Shown here piece by piece: positions 9,934-19,716 of a DNA stretch of 64,000 nucleotides (its first letter is position 1; each line of letters opens with the position of its first letter). This DNA comes from an uncultured bacterium (lineage in GTDB: Bacteria; Babelota; Babeliae; Babelales; Babelaceae). Position numbers and translations under genes: made by a program. The notes under the pieces are model-generated. The model was given only the letters and a program-made list of their open reading frames with translations, was not told the origin of the DNA and did not search any database. Location: positions 160,001 to 224,000 of the forward strand of contig CAVRKK010000001.1 in NCBI GenBank assembly GCA_963722385.1, in the 5' to 3' direction.

Positions 9934-10263
9934 TTGACAAAATTAATTTTATATTGCTATTCTGTTTTTAATAATTTTCAGAGCCCCTATATTTTAGTGC
10001 ATGGCAACAAAGATACCCTTCCATCTGATGTAGAGCGTGCGCTTTATGCCATTGGTTTTTTGGCAAAAAATACAAGTAATTTGGTGGATTTGATTAAAAA
10101 TTGGGAAACTAAAGGGATATGTAAAGCAGCTGATGAGCCTAACTATGGAACTCTCTTTAAGACAGCTGTACTTCCAATCACGCTTCAAATACAAAAAGCG
10201 TACGAGGTCTGGGAAACTAAACAATCAGCTGAAAAAGAACAAGCAACACAAGAACGCTCTTAG
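9934..10263 (+). pseudogene. Remnant of the M48-like peptidase family at 26-32 kb
   Basis: PSDVERALYAIGFL...WETKGIC...YGTLF...KAYEVW aligns by eye with HPSDVERALYMIGFL...WEKQGVC...YAKLF...KAYHKW. Confidence 0.75.
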
Positions 10264-10288
10264 AAAAAAAATTTTTTCTAAGAGCGTT
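10253..10288. repeat. Perfect 17-bp inverted repeat over the remnant's stop codon
   Basis: aacgctcttagaaaaaa / ttttttctaagagcgtt. Confidence 0.7.
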
Positions 10289-10394
10289 AGCAATCTAACT
10301 CTTAGATCTCATTATCAAGCAAACTTAAGTTCAGATGTTTTATCTTTTAGAGTCTATTATACGTAATTTCGGTTAAAGGCAAGGTCCATCTGTG

Positions 10395-10455
10395 TTGACA
10401 TTAACCTAAAAAATATTATCATTTAGAATAATAATGTTTCGATGAGGCAATATAG
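10395..10455 (+). promoter_or_regulatory. Sigma70-like promoter and leader, duplicated at ~14348-14408
   Basis: TTGACA...tatcatttagaataataat...tgaggcaa present at both loci. Confidence 0.6.
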
Positions 10456-12009
10456 ATGAAGTTTTTTATTTTTTTTACATTGGCAGCTTTAACATTTATA
10501 GGCAATGTTAGGGCCATGGAACATCCTGCAGAGCCCCAAGAAAAAAGTGTAGATAAGCAACAAAAACTCGACCAAGCGCTCGTTGATGCGATTTTAGCTG
10601 ATAATGTAGGAGCGACCATGCAAGCTCTTGAGCAAGGTGCAAAAAACGTCGACGCTTCCCAACATTTTAATTACCAGGGACGATTAAGAGACCTGAATTT
10701 GATAGGATATGCTGCTTTGGTTGGCAGCCTTGCTTCTGTCAAGCTTCTCGCCATACATGGCGCTTCCCTTGCTGCCTATAAAGGAACACCCTTGCTAAGC
10801 CTAGCAGTTGAATCTGGCAATCAAGATTTAGTGGCCTGGCTTATCGAAAGACGAGCTAATGTCAATCAAGCCGATAATGGAGGATATCGCCCTATCGATA
10901 AAGCTGTTGAGGTTGGCAATAAAGTTATATTGGATTTTTTAAGAAAACGAGGCGCTTACGTATTTACGCAGAAATCCAGCTTATTTATGCATGAAGCCCT
11001 TGTTGTTCATGAAGGCCAAAGTGGTCTAAGCAGAATACCCTTTATCCAAGAAGCACTTGATTCCGGCTATAACATTAACGCGAGCGTTAGGCAAGGAACT
11101 AACTACCGAATGCCGCTTAGAGTAGCGGCTGATCAGGGTCAGCTAGAAATAGCACGGTGGTTGATAGAAAGAGGAGCTATTATTACGCCGGACGTAATGC
11201 GCTTGCTCAATTTCGAGCAAGTATTTCCTGAGCAATTACTCAGGGCGGTTGCTCTCTATAACAAAGGAGAAGTTCTCGCGTTACTTCATGGTTTGCGCGA
11301 TAAAACTCTCTTAAGCAACCAAGATCTTCAACTTATTAAAGATGCCCTACAGCTTACGAGCGCCCAAGGAAATCTTTTCATTGTTGATGCAACGTTGCAG
11401 CTATTTAAAGAATTAATTATCTCGGATCCCCACACGCTTGGCAGAGCACTTGATCGGGCCGCACTTAACGGACATGTCGAGGCATTCTATGCTATCTTTG
11501 GGTTCTATAATAAGGACTCAGAGAACATTGCCTACCATCAGACCCTAGGGCAATCTCTTGCAGATGCGCTCTTGCATGCTGCTACGCAAGGCTCAACGAA
11601 GATTAGCGAAGACGCGCGTGAACGTTATTTTGATATTGTACGCTTCCTGTTGCGCCAAGATGGTTTATATGCCCTCAATATTCCAATAAGCCCTGTTCTT
11701 GAGCGATTGAGGGAATTTATCGATTATGAACAAAATCTCCGGATGAAACCAATCGCGCACATGCCTTTGGATGTGCCCTTCGCACCATTTAGACCGGTGC
11801 TCGATGCTTGGATTCTAATTGATCAAGAGAAACATCGCAATGAAGTCATGGTAATGGTTGCTGCTTTGCGACATCGCCAGGCTGCGCAAGAATCTTCACG
11901 CACCATAATAAGGCTTGCGCAAGACCCGACAAGCCATCTTCAAAGGCTCCCAATGCCGCTGTTGCAAAGGTCATTGCGGCACGTATTGTTGGGCTCACGT
12001 TCAACGTAA
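10456..12009 (+). CDS. Secreted ankyrin-repeat protein
   Basis: Signal VRA-MEH; ankyrins GYRPIDKAV, MPLRVAA; family block LTSAQG...AALNGH...AATQG. Confidence 0.88.
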   Translation: MKFFIFFTLAALTFIGNVRAMEHPAEPQEKSVDKQQKLDQALVDAILADNVGATMQALEQGAKNVDASQHFNYQGRLRDLNLIGYAALVGSLASVKLLAIHGASLAAYKGTPLLSLAVESGNQDLVAWLIERRANVNQADNGGYRPIDKAVEVGNKVILDFLRKRGAYVFTQKSSLFMHEALVVHEGQSGLSRIPFIQEALDSGYNINASVRQGTNYRMPLRVAADQGQLEIARWLIERGAIITPDVMRLLNFEQVFPEQLLRAVALYNKGEVLALLHGLRDKTLLSNQDLQLIKDALQLTSAQGNLFIVDATLQLFKELIISDPHTLGRALDRAALNGHVEAFYAIFGFYNKDSENIAYHQTLGQSLADALLHAATQGSTKISEDARERYFDIVRFLLRQDGLYALNIPISPVLERLREFIDYEQNLRMKPIAHMPLDVPFAPFRPVLDAWILIDQEKHRNEVMVMVAALRHRQAAQESSRTIIRLAQDPTSHLQRLPMPLLQRSLRHVLLGSRST

Positions 12010-12057
12010 GAAAGCCTTAGAAATCGCGCTTGTAAACCGAGTAAGCGATTATTGAAA

Positions 12058-12735
12058 CTATTGATGTAAAAGCCATCGAGCGTGTTCTTGATAACCTTCA
12101 GCCTGGGCCCACAAAGCGGGCGTCCAGCCATCATTATCCGGCGTAGAAACACAAGCTCCATGCTTAATGAGCAGTTGAGCCATCTTTAAATTGCCTTTAA
12201 ACGCAGCTCGGTGGATTGGCTCTATGCCGTGACGATCTCGTATGGTAGCAATAGCGCTACAATCAAGCAATAATTCAACAACTTCTAGATCATTGTTATC
12301 AACAGCCAAGTGCAAAGGCGTATATCCTTCTTTATTTTTTGCATTAATATCTGCTCCGCTTTCGATAAGCAATTTTAGAATAGGCACTAAATGTTTTTCA
12401 GCTGCCCAGTGTAGAGCCTGCCAACCTCGCTCATCAGAGGCATTAATGTCTGCCTTCTCTTTAATAAGCCAAAGAACCATTGAGATATCATTATTTTTTG
12501 TAGCTAAAATAAGCGGCCTTTTTGATGCACCGAACCCATTAAGATTAGCATTCTGGCTCAAAGCTGCTTGCGCTTTTTGCATGTCGCCCATTTGAACTGC
12601 TTGAACAAGCACATAATCAGCAATTTTAAAACTATTATCTTTTTTTAAACTCAAAGGAAATTTGCCCGAAATTGACGGTGCTGCATCTGCTGCAAATATA
12701 AGTCCTATGAAGATAGCCAATCTTTGGATTATCAT
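12058..12735 (-). CDS. Secreted ankyrin-repeat protein (about 5-6 canonical repeats)
   Basis: GWQALHWAA, GYTPLHLAV, GIEPIHRAA; N-terminal signal peptide. Confidence 0.92.
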   Translation of the reverse strand: MIIQRLAIFIGLIFAADAAPSISGKFPLSLKKDNSFKIADYVLVQAVQMGDMQKAQAALSQNANLNGFGASKRPLILATKNNDISMVLWLIKEKADINASDERGWQALHWAAEKHLVPILKLLIESGADINAKNKEGYTPLHLAVDNNDLEVVELLLDCSAIATIRDRHGIEPIHRAAFKGNLKMAQLLIKHGACVSTPDNDGWTPALWAQAEGYQEHARWLLHQ

Positions 12736-13026
12736 TTTTACCCCTTAGAAAAAGAATCAGTTAACGCTTGAATAAGTTTAGACGAGAAAAGGGCGAGAAG
12801 GAAGAGTAAGGTAAAAATCTGCGTTATGCTGTGATCAGTAATTTATGTTAAAGCAGTGCCAATCGGAACAAGAAGAAATCTCGCCAAGAATTTATAAAAA
12901 AACTCGAGGAAACAGTTGCGCTTAATGAGAGGCAAGATCTCAAATCTTGACAACTTAAGATTTTTAGGTGTAAATTAATTTTTAGATGTAAATTAAAATT
13001 AAGTTTGCCGTTACTTTGGAGAAAAT

Positions 13027-14244
13027 ATGCGCTTATTGCTTTTCATCAGTGCTTACCTTTTCTTAGCTTTTGGCATTACTCAGGGATCTCCAATAACAGT
13101 AATGGCCCTTGAAAAAAAACTTTTAGGGGGTCATAGTCAAATGGTATACCTTATAGGCGATCTACATCTTAACGAAAATAGCCTACCAAAAGGCTTTTCG
13201 TATGATAACGCTCTGCAGCTCATTAAAAGCCAAGCGGCAACTATCCAACGTTTTTTTGCATCACTCAAACATAAAAATCCTGATGCTTATTTAATAATAG
13301 AAAGTGTAACACGTGAAGATTACGACACGTTTAATAAAATTCGACTCGCTCCTTTTTATACCAAATGTACCTTCGAAGGCAACCCAACCTATTGTCAAAA
13401 AAATACTGTCGAGAATCAATTAGCGTGAAATGAAAAAATAAACAGCCTTATGTTTCTTGGGCAGCAAGTGGAAAGTAAGGCTAACGTACTTCTTGGTGAA
13501 CCGCGTGCTTTTTTGGATGCAGGGGTTGAAGCATTGTATTACGCCGATAGGCTAAAGGAATATGAAAACGAGGTCTATCGGCCACAATACGAAGAACTCC
13601 GCCATTCTCGCTTTTCCCAGCCTACGCCTAGCAACGTTATTAAGATGGCGATAGGGTCAATTGAAAACATGATTGATCTGGCCAATCGAGTACGGACAAA
13701 ATTTGTTAATCAACAAAATAAAAGGAAAGCACAAGTATTACTTGATTTTCTCACTGAGCAACAAAGACGCTGGCTAAATCTCAAAAAAATTACCGCTAAG
13801 TATCCTTATCGTTCACTTGCACATCTTGTACTCCGCAATTTTTTTGAACAAAAGACAGGGGCTGCTTCAATTATCGATGAGATTGTTCAAAAGCTGTACC
13901 ATGGCGGGCACCTATCACCACCGATAAATTACGTTATTCTTGATGTCGTATTAGGTGATCATGCGCCTTCAGTTGTTATTGCCAATACCGGCACCTATCT
14001 TGCTTCATATCTTATACGAGAAGGCTATAACCTTGCCTATGATGCTCAATTGCGATGCGATGACGGTCGTGGCATAAGGCCAGCAACCATCGAAAATTAT
14101 ACCGATTGCTCTCATAAAGACACCATACATATGCTAAGCGTTGATGAGCTTAATTCTATCCTTAAACAATGCGCTCTTCTTCTTGATACAACCAAGTTGG
14201 ATAGAACATCTCAACCGGCATCAAAAATCATCCAGGTTGGATGA
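13027..14244 (+). pseudogene. Secreted hypothetical protein split by one in-frame TGA (13426-13428)
   Basis: ORFs 13027-13428 and 13450-14244 share a frame: QLA*NEKINSLMFLG. Signal peptide and a VYLIGDLH motif. Confidence 0.65.
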
Positions 14245-14408
14245 TATAGCTAAGACAAATGCTCTCTATCTCTCGATATCGAATAGAAGCTTGAGGTGAA
14301 CCTACCTAGCTCTGATTAATAATAGAGCCATGCAACGAGTGACTTTGTTGACATTATTCTAAAAAAAATTATTATTTAGAATAATAATTTTTGAATGAGG
14401 CAAGACAA

Positions 14409-14660
14409 ATGACGCTTTCTATTTTTTCGCATTGGCTACGGCTTTAACATTTATAGGCAATGTCAGGGCCATGGAACGCCCAACAGAACCTCAAGAAAAA
14501 GAGGTAGCTAACCAACAAGAACTAAACCAAGCACTGATTAACGCGATTTTAGCCGCTGATACAGAAGTTGCCAGAGATGCTCTTGGGCAAGGGGCCCGTG
14601 CCCAAGCTCGCGATGCGTTGGCAGGAATTCCTGCGGTCACTTTAGCTGCCATGGGAAAGA
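14409..14660 (+). pseudogene. Truncated, frameshifted 5' paralog of 10456-12009
   Basis: ALTFIGNVRAMERPTEPQEK...QELNQALINAILA; ATG 14409 is out of frame across a T6 run. Confidence 0.75.
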
Positions 14661-15452
14661 AGAGTTGGCGGCACTTACAAGCTTTATCATTTTTTTGCGT
14701 AAGTAATGCACAACATGTTCATGGCCTGCCTGTAAAGCTACATGCTCTGGTATTCTTCCAAGATCATCTTCGGTAGCGATATCTGCTCCGAGCTCAACCA
14801 ACCTTTGGATAGCAGTGAGGTCTCCGCTTTGGGCAGCCGCGTGAAGATTTGTACCGCAAGTTTTGCGTTCATGCTGATAAAGAGCTTGTAGCGCAGCCAC
14901 GTTACCAGTTTCTAAAGCAATATCCCCTGGCTCTCGACCAGCATCATTGGTTATGTCGACCTGAGCTCCACAGATAAGCAAAAAACTAATGAGAGCAAGA
15001 TTGCCGGCTTGAACAGCAACGTGAAGGGCAGTATTGCCTAGGCCATCACGAAGATTGGGATTGGCACCCATGTCTAACAAAATTGTTGCAAGTTGTTCGG
15101 CTGCTTTTTCTGTTGAATTTTTTTCTGGTGAGTCTGGCATTGAGCCTAATAACTCGATCAAGCTATGAAGAAGAAGAGTCAACTTAGGGGATCTTATCGC
15201 CTCAGCACCAATTAGAGCGTTAAGAGTGTCCTTTATGCTTTTAATAACTTTCGTGTCAGCGGAAATTTTTAATGTATCAAGATATACCTTAGCAGATAGT
15301 TTATAGAACTCATATCTTCCAGGTATTTTGAAAATTCGCAATTCCAATAAGTTATTTGCCGAAGTTGAGGGTGCCTCCATGCAAGCAATATTGCCAAAGG
15401 AAGCTAGGTTGCCGCACAAAAAAAGAAGGCAGGCAAAGATTTTTATATTCAT
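14637..15452 (-). CDS. Secreted ankyrin-repeat protein
   Basis: Signal IAC-MEA; GNTALHVAV, GTNLHAAA. Confidence 0.85.
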   Translation of the reverse strand: MNIKIFACLLFLCGNLASFGNIACMEAPSTSANNLLELRIFKIPGRYEFYKLSAKVYLDTLKISADTKVIKSIKDTLNALIGAEAIRSPKLTLLLHSLIELLGSMPDSPEKNSTEKAAEQLATILLDMGANPNLRDGLGNTALHVAVQAGNLALISFLLICGAQVDITNDAGREPGDIALETGNVAALQALYQHERKTCGTNLHAAAQSGDLTAIQRLVELGADIATEDDLGRIPEHVALQAGHEHVVHYLRKKMIKLVSAANSSFPWQLK

Positions 15453-15498
15453 ATAATAATTCTTTAATTTTATCTAAAAATTATGTGCTATTAAGCAC

Positions 15499-15527
15499 AT
15501 CATATAAGCAACAGATTATAATGTCAA
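15499..15527 (-). promoter_or_regulatory. Sigma70 promoter
   Basis: TTGACA-N17-TATGAT on the minus strand upstream of 15452. Confidence 0.65.
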
Positions 15528-15754
15528 GAGCGAATATGACGCCATAACCGCTTTTTTGACCCAATCGATGGCCAATGAGTTACCAAGATTTTCTGAGGAA
15601 GCTCTGTTGAGATGAAAATATAAGTAACCACATTATACACGAGAGCATGAGCCAAGCTTTGGCCAAATAAGCAATAAATTTAGAAAGCTCAAAAGCAAGA
15701 CCCGGCTTAAAACCGGGCCCGCCAATAGTAAGCTATTAAGCGCAAAAGTTTCTT

Positions 15755-16249
15755 TTATTTATTCTTTTCTTTTTCTTGGATCGTTGATAGAAGAGACGTT
15801 AATACGCCTAAGCTACTTGCTCCTGTATAAATAGCTGGCACTGCAGCAGCAGGTATGCTAATAAGTTTACCAGCTCCAATTGCGCGCATAACATTAGCGA
15901 CCAAAATAGTTAATAATGCTCCTCCAGCAATCTGCCCAAGTAAATATCCTGCTTGGGCTTCTGGCGACAAGCTTTGTGCCAATTTGTATGACCCGGCGAG
16001 CATTTTCTCTGAATTTTCAGCAACTTGAGCCAAAGAAGCTGATACAGCATCCCAGGATTTGGCCAAACTGGCTATAGTTCCCGTTCCAGCACCGAGGGCA
16101 GCTCCACCTAGAATTTTCAACGCTTTGCTTAATTCCGGCTGATCGCCATCGCGAAGTGAACCAACTGTTAGCTTGGGCTCTTGAGTAAAAGTAGATGCTC
16201 CAAGGCATAAAAATAATCCTGCAAGAAAAGTCAATTTTTGAGCTTTCAT
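15755..16249 (-). CDS. Secreted or membrane Gly/Ala-rich hypothetical protein
   Basis: Signal peptide, glycine-zipper-like GGAALGAGTG, RBS aggagg. Confidence 0.75.
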   Translation of the reverse strand: MKAQKLTFLAGLFLCLGASTFTQEPKLTVGSLRDGDQPELSKALKILGGAALGAGTGTIASLAKSWDAVSASLAQVAENSEKMLAGSYKLAQSLSPEAQAGYLLGQIAGGALLTILVANVMRAIGAGKLISIPAAAVPAIYTGASSLGVLTSLLSTIQEKEKNK

Positions 16250-16384
16250 AATATCCTCCTAAAGCTTAGTTGTAATAAATAATTCCATTATAAATTTATC
16301 AAAAATAAAAACCTCCTGTCAACAAAATTAAATTCCGCAATATGAAGACTCGCAGCTCTTCATATTGCTTCTGGCCTAAAAAAA

Positions 16385-17779
16385 CTAAACCTTACTCGTG
16401 GTGAAAAGAGTGGGCGATGTGGCCAGCGATGGGAGAGTAAAGTTTATTATCTCTTCCATGTGGACTCTTCGATCGAGCTGACCGCTAATCATTGCTTTAA
16501 TTTCTTCAAGCTTAGAACGCACACTCAGAGGCATATGTTGATCTTGTAGTAGCTTATCAAGATGCTTAATAAGGCCAATAAGATCATCTGCGCGAATAAG
16601 ACCAGCGCTCGAAGCTAGTTTATGATCGAGTTCCAAAAGAAATGCGGCCACATCCTCATGACGTTGTACAGCAGCAATTACAAGAGCATAGGTAATCCTC
16701 TGCTGTGCTGCCTTTTCTTCGATGGCACCTTCTTCATAAAGCATTTTCAGGATAGGAAGAGAACCGGTCAACGTTGCCCTCCAGAAAGCTTCCCGTAGCG
16801 TCTTTGGTTTTAAAAGAGATCCAAGCTTCCTACCAATAAATAAAATAATATCTTTATTGCCATAGGCAGCTGCCATCTTAAAAGCCTTGTTTACCAAAGT
16901 AACCGTAGTCGGCGACGATACCAGGAAGGTTTGGCCTATTTTTTCCAAGGATTCTTGCTTGCTAACTATTTTTTCAAGCCTATCTAAAGCTCTTTTCGTT
17001 TCGTGATATATTATACATCGTAGTAAAGATTTTTTAAAAAACTGATTAATAATCTGCGTGACTTCATCATGATCGATTGGGGCTTTCCGTATAAGTAACC
17101 AGTAAAGCATATTACTTTGCGGTAGAGATCGGTCGCCATTTTGATCTTGCCCATTAATTCGCTGGTTATGCGAGCGACTAATAGACGATGCCATATAGCT
17201 TAACCAATCATTGAAACGAAGGCCATAGATTACTAAAATAGTAAGCGTCTTTTTTGATTTTAGAGCACTAACAAGCTGTGCCTGCTTTTTCCATATACTT
17301 GCACCATGATCAAGTAAAAAGGTTACAATTTTAGTGTTGTTAGCTTTCTCTAGGCAGACCCTAAGAGGAAATACGCGAGCTCTAAACACCGCGTTAATAT
17401 CAGCGCCAAAATCAAGAAGTAGCTCGATTATTTTTAAAGTACTTGGCTGTACCTCTTCATTTTGGCTTGTGTCTATACCATCGAGTACGCAAAAAAGCGG
17501 TGGACCAAAAAACTCATTATCAGTGTAATCGCTCCAAGAAGAAGGGCTTGCCCCTTGCTCAAGAGCATTTTTGGCCGCTTCAGCATTATTGGCTAAAATT
17601 GCCTCAAGAAGCTCTTGTTGAGCCTGAAAGTTCCATGTCCATGTTTGTAAAGATATTTCAAAATTTTCAGCAGACGAAGGATCTTTTGGAAGCTGTGGCT
17701 CCCTCGGATCTTCCATGCCTACCATAGGTACCATGCCTAGCACAAGTACGACAAGCGTTCCCATAAACGTTAATCTCAT
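16385..17779 (-). CDS. Secreted ankyrin-repeat protein
   Basis: Signal MVG-MED; LLLDFGADIN, FLLDHGA, MAAAYGN. Confidence 0.82.
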   Translation of the reverse strand: MRLTFMGTLVVLVLGMVPMVGMEDPREPQLPKDPSSAENFEISLQTWTWNFQAQQELLEAILANNAEAAKNALEQGASPSSWSDYTDNEFFGPPLFCVLDGIDTSQNEEVQPSTLKIIELLLDFGADINAVFRARVFPLRVCLEKANNTKIVTFLLDHGASIWKKQAQLVSALKSKKTLTILVIYGLRFNDWLSYMASSISRSHNQRINGQDQNGDRSLPQSNMLYWLLIRKAPIDHDEVTQIINQFFKKSLLRCIIYHETKRALDRLEKIVSKQESLEKIGQTFLVSSPTTVTLVNKAFKMAAAYGNKDIILFIGRKLGSLLKPKTLREAFWRATLTGSLPILKMLYEEGAIEEKAAQQRITYALVIAAVQRHEDVAAFLLELDHKLASSAGLIRADDLIGLIKHLDKLLQDQHMPLSVRSKLEEIKAMISGQLDRRVHMEEIINFTLPSLATSPTLFTTSKV

Positions 17780-17915
17780 GAGAAACCTCTTTTTGAATAA
17801 TTAAAATAATAAAATTATATCTTATCATTTTAATTATTTCATGGCGAATAAATCATTTTTTTAAACTTACCCGATCAGGAGCTCAATTAAAAGAGACAGA
17901 TGAAGCAAAAAAAGA

Positions 17916-18311
17916 CTACTTACTCTTAAGGCATGATTTAATGCAATAGTACGCGCTTAACGAGAGAGAAGCGCCAACCACAATACTTGGCAACACAATT
18001 TCAAAAAAAGAGAGGAGCGATGTGCTAAGGCCGCCCAAGTCTCCTATTGGCAAAACAATTGGTTCTTGAGCATTAAGGTCCATGCTCAGGAGATCAAATG
18101 AGCGACGCTCATTTTCGGTAAAAAAGTAATTAGTAGAAAAATAATTGCGGGGAACAAAAAGAATAGCTTCGTGAAAATTTCTGGTCTCATCGAATGTGCG
18201 CGCGTAGATAACACTTCCTGGTGCTGTTTTAAATCGAATGCCCGTGCAGCTTAACAAATAATTGGGAAAAATTAAGAAAAAAATGCTTATGAAGAAGTAA
18301 TAATATTTCAT
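17916..18311 (-). CDS. Internally deleted choloylglycine hydrolase/Ntn-hydrolase-like protein with C-terminal TM
   Basis: Signal followed by CTGIRFKT...VIYARTFD (catalytic N-terminal Cys context); only 131 aa. Confidence 0.55.
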   Translation of the reverse strand: MKYYYFFISIFFLIFPNYLLSCTGIRFKTAPGSVIYARTFDETRNFHEAILFVPRNYFSTNYFFTENERRSFDLLSMDLNAQEPIVLPIGDLGGLSTSLLSFFEIVLPSIVVGASLSLSAYYCIKSCLKSK

Positions 18312-18369
18312 AAAAACCCTTTTTGCTGCTGCCCATGATAATAATTCTAGTCAAAATATTCATTTTGTC

Positions 18370-18393
18370 AATTTTTAACAGCTGTTAAAAATT
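18370..18393. promoter_or_regulatory. Perfect 24-bp palindrome overlapping the edge of a minus-strand TTGACA
   Basis: aatttttaacag|ctgttaaaaatt; tgtcaa at 18366-18371. Confidence 0.5.
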
Positions 18394-18732
18394 TAAAGGG
18401 TGAAATGGTGCTGAAAACGAGCTGAATAATATTGTCATCGAAAATTTTGTTTTAAAAGAATTTCGCGGAAGCCTCCCCCTCTGTAGGTGGCAAGATGATA
18501 GTGGCTACCGTTGCGCTAAATTTTTTCATCCATTTTTTAGCCTCCAATTTTTATTATCTCATTTTGGAGGCTAAATTATATCTTAACTACTGTTCCGAAT
18601 TTCGGGGTTTATTATAATTCATTACAATGCTCTTGCATTGAGTTAAGAGTATGTTAAAGCTGTAAGTAATCTGGCTAGGCTAGACTGTCTTAGCTTTTTG
18701 TCCACAAAACAGGCATAAAGCACTTAAGGCAG

Positions 18733-18993
18733 TTAGCCGCAACTATCGCTACAATACAATGCTCCTTCGCAGTTAGCTATCTCTCCCTTTCCTTTACATG
18801 CGTCTATAGATATTGATGTACGGAATTGCGTACCTGCTATCGGACATGTGCACGTTAAAGTTTTATTGCTTATCTCGCACTTTGTGCATGAGGATTGGTA
18901 TGCTCCTGGAGGTAATGCTGGCGCAGATACTAGAGGTAATGTATTTATCATAAGGACTGCGCTAAGAATGGTGAGTCGGGAAGCTAGTTTCAT
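18733..18993 (-). CDS. Small secreted CVNH (cyanovirin-N homology)-like lectin
   Basis: ATG 18993 after aaggag; LPPGAYQSSC...LTCTC...TSISIDAC...IANCEGALYC. Confidence 0.7.
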   Translation of the reverse strand: MKLASRLTILSAVLMINTLPLVSAPALPPGAYQSSCTKCEISNKTLTCTCPIAGTQFRTSISIDACKGKGEIANCEGALYCSDSCG

Positions 18994-19297
18994 GCTATAT
19001 CTCCTTTTTAATGCTTGTAGATAGTTTAAAAAATCTTGTTGCATAATTTCTGTGTACATTAATATTATAATATTTAATTAGCAAAGCACAATGGTTGCCT
19101 ATTTTTCATTCTGGATTAATAAGATTCATACAGCCTTAGTTGCCCCAACTTTCTCCGCTTAATCATCGAAACCTGTTTGCCTCGAGCAAATCTCGGAGAT
19201 GTATTCTATATATAGTAGTTACATCTCCCTTTACCGTTGCTGTTCTTGTGTCTATAATAAGTCTGTTTTACTAAGAGAGAAGATGATGGACAGATGA

Positions 19298-19636
19298 GTG
19301 GCTAATGCAGCCGAGGTATCGCGCAAGAGATTCAATTATGCTGCAACGGCTAACCTTTACTCCGATGACGTATCTATTTCAGCAATTGTTGGCTCAAGCA
19401 ACCCCGGTCAATACTCAGGTGATGGCAGCTCTGCCAATGTGGGAATTATTGTGGGGCCGATCGTTGGTGGCGTCGCTGGCATTACGGGACTTGTTGTGCT
19501 CGGTATAGCTGCTTATTTTGCCTACAAGTACATTGTTCACTATCGCGGTAGAGGTTCTGTTAACTTCGGGCCAACAATAGACGGCGAAGGGGCTCTAATC
19601 CCCTTACGGCCTCTGCATATTAGCGTTGTATTTTAG
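19298..19636 (+). pseudogene. C-terminal remnant of the beta-propeller/TM family (paralog of 39738-43034)
   Basis: ATANLYSDDVSI...SGDGSS...GIIVG...GIAAY matches ATANFYSNDVSL...GDGSS...GIILG...GIAAY. Confidence 0.7.
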
Positions 19637-19716
19637 GCTGTTTCCATGAACTGAGCAAATTAGTAAACAGTCTACCAATACGACCCGTCAAACTTCTCGA
19701 CGAAGCATTTAAATTT

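Noticed and set aside
13426..13428. Alternative genetic code (TGA = Trp/Gly) suggested by in-frame TGAs here and in the aquaporin remnant
   Set aside because: Conserved genes end at TGA at their expected termini (PRTase 49978, prs 50823), and other lesions are TAA, TAG or frameshifts.
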